Positions 63,001-64,000 of a DNA stretch of 64,000 nucleotides are shown piece by piece. A model generated the notes under the pieces. The model searched no databases. It was not told the DNA's origin and was given only the letters and a program-made list of their open reading frames with translations. The translations under genes and the position numbers were made by a program. The stretch spans positions 6,200,001 to 6,264,000 of the forward strand of contig CM035360.1 of the NCBI GenBank assembly GCA_020137815.1. Direction: 5' to 3'. Numbering within the stretch: the stretch's first letter is position 1; each line of letters begins with the position of its first letter. Origin of the DNA: Hormiphora californensis (Eukaryota > Animalia > Ctenophora).

Positions 63001-63605
63001 CTCTATCCTTGGGCTAGCAATACCTTCCTGGACCAATGCAGAACTTGTAAAGGCAGATAACGTAAGAATATTCATTTTATATCCCCTATCACAAAGTCGA
63101 TTATATATCCTCTACTAATTATTGAACTGTTCTTTCGTGGACAGTGGGAACAGAATAAATTAGCACTGTCAAGATTGTCAGTAGACTAAAATTACCACAC
63201 TCTACTAATTACTAAAATTACTACTTCAGTCCCTCGACACGGGTAATGATGAGTTTGATGCGCTTGTAGCGGTCATTCTCTCCTCTGGAATGATAGTTGG
63301 GGGATCCATAGCGTGCTTCCTGGACAATACCCTACCCGGAACAGACGAGGAGAGAGGTAATCAAGTGTTTAGAGAAAATGTGCTTATCGTAGGTATTGGG
63401 ATAGGGAGAAAATGAAATTGTGGGAATCTACTGTACCTATACCATTATTATACTTTCTATAGGTTTGACAAGCTACCGACTGGCAACAAAAGCAGTTAGC
63501 AATAAGGAGCTGAGAAAGAAAGTTTACTCTGAACCTCTCATGGAAATGCTAGCTAAACGATTCCCTGTTTTGAGAAAGCTACCATTCGTTTGTAAAGACG
63601 AGTAA
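60048..63605 (+). CDS. SLC23/NAT (NCS2) nucleobase-ascorbate transporter family member; one apparent +1 frameshift
   Basis: Multi-exon, e.g. 60048-60143, 60335-60464, 62953-63061 and from 63230. Motifs [93 protein letters not shown]. Confidence 0.9.
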
Positions 63606-64000
63606 TATCTTGTTTGTCGGACGTTCTGGTATTGAATTCGGTTAATTAAGTGTATATAAAAGTTTTACAGTTTATATTTTAATTTTATGTTTTTTGGTGT
63701 TTATAAAAACTCATTTCACACATATAAACATCACAAACCTTCCACGAGCATTCTCAACTTAGCCTATCCAAAGGAGCATACACAAGAGGAAGTAATTTGA
63801 GTAATATGTGATTGATGTTTCTCCGCAGCCCGCCGCCACGACCTGTATAGTATACGTGTTACATAACTCTGCAAAGTCTTGCAGAATAATCACAGAATGA
63901 TACCACCAAGCTCGGTTCATTACCAGCTACTGCATGGCTCCACTTTGGAGGAAGGAACTCGCCCAGCATAAATGAAGAAAATTTTCACTTCATTCGATCC

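Noticed and set aside
63760-64000. 3' exons of a minus-strand gene entering from the window edge
   Set aside because: Acceptor-like site at ~63843 and open frames exist, but frame and identity cannot be fixed from this fragment.

Overview
Eukaryotic, intron-containing, (CT/GA)n-rich genomic DNA, most likely from a cydippid ctenophore (Pleurobrachia/Hormiphora-like). The main basis is a 43-nt match, from memory and not searched, to the ctenophore spliced-leader (SL) exon. Host genes: an intronless orphan class-A GPCR (-), a multi-exon supervillin/villin-family gene (+), RIB43A/RIBC (+), a voltage-gated Ca-channel beta subunit (-), three intronless SLC22-like MFS transporters and an SLC23/NAT transporter (+). 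Introns and intergenic space hold many non-autonomous DNA elements, including several 0.9-1.6 kb near-perfect palindromes with readable target-site duplications. The top candidate for an undescribed system is a full-length L2-type LINE at 29212-34742 (-). Its 5' end is the SL exon, its ATG-less ORF2 overlaps ORF1 in the -1 frame behind an A_AAA_AAC slippery site, it sits inside a TIR element, and it is interrupted by a 543-bp insertion with same-strand C(GNA)G terminal hairpins. Exon coordinates were read by hand, and family assignments come from motif recognition, not database searches.
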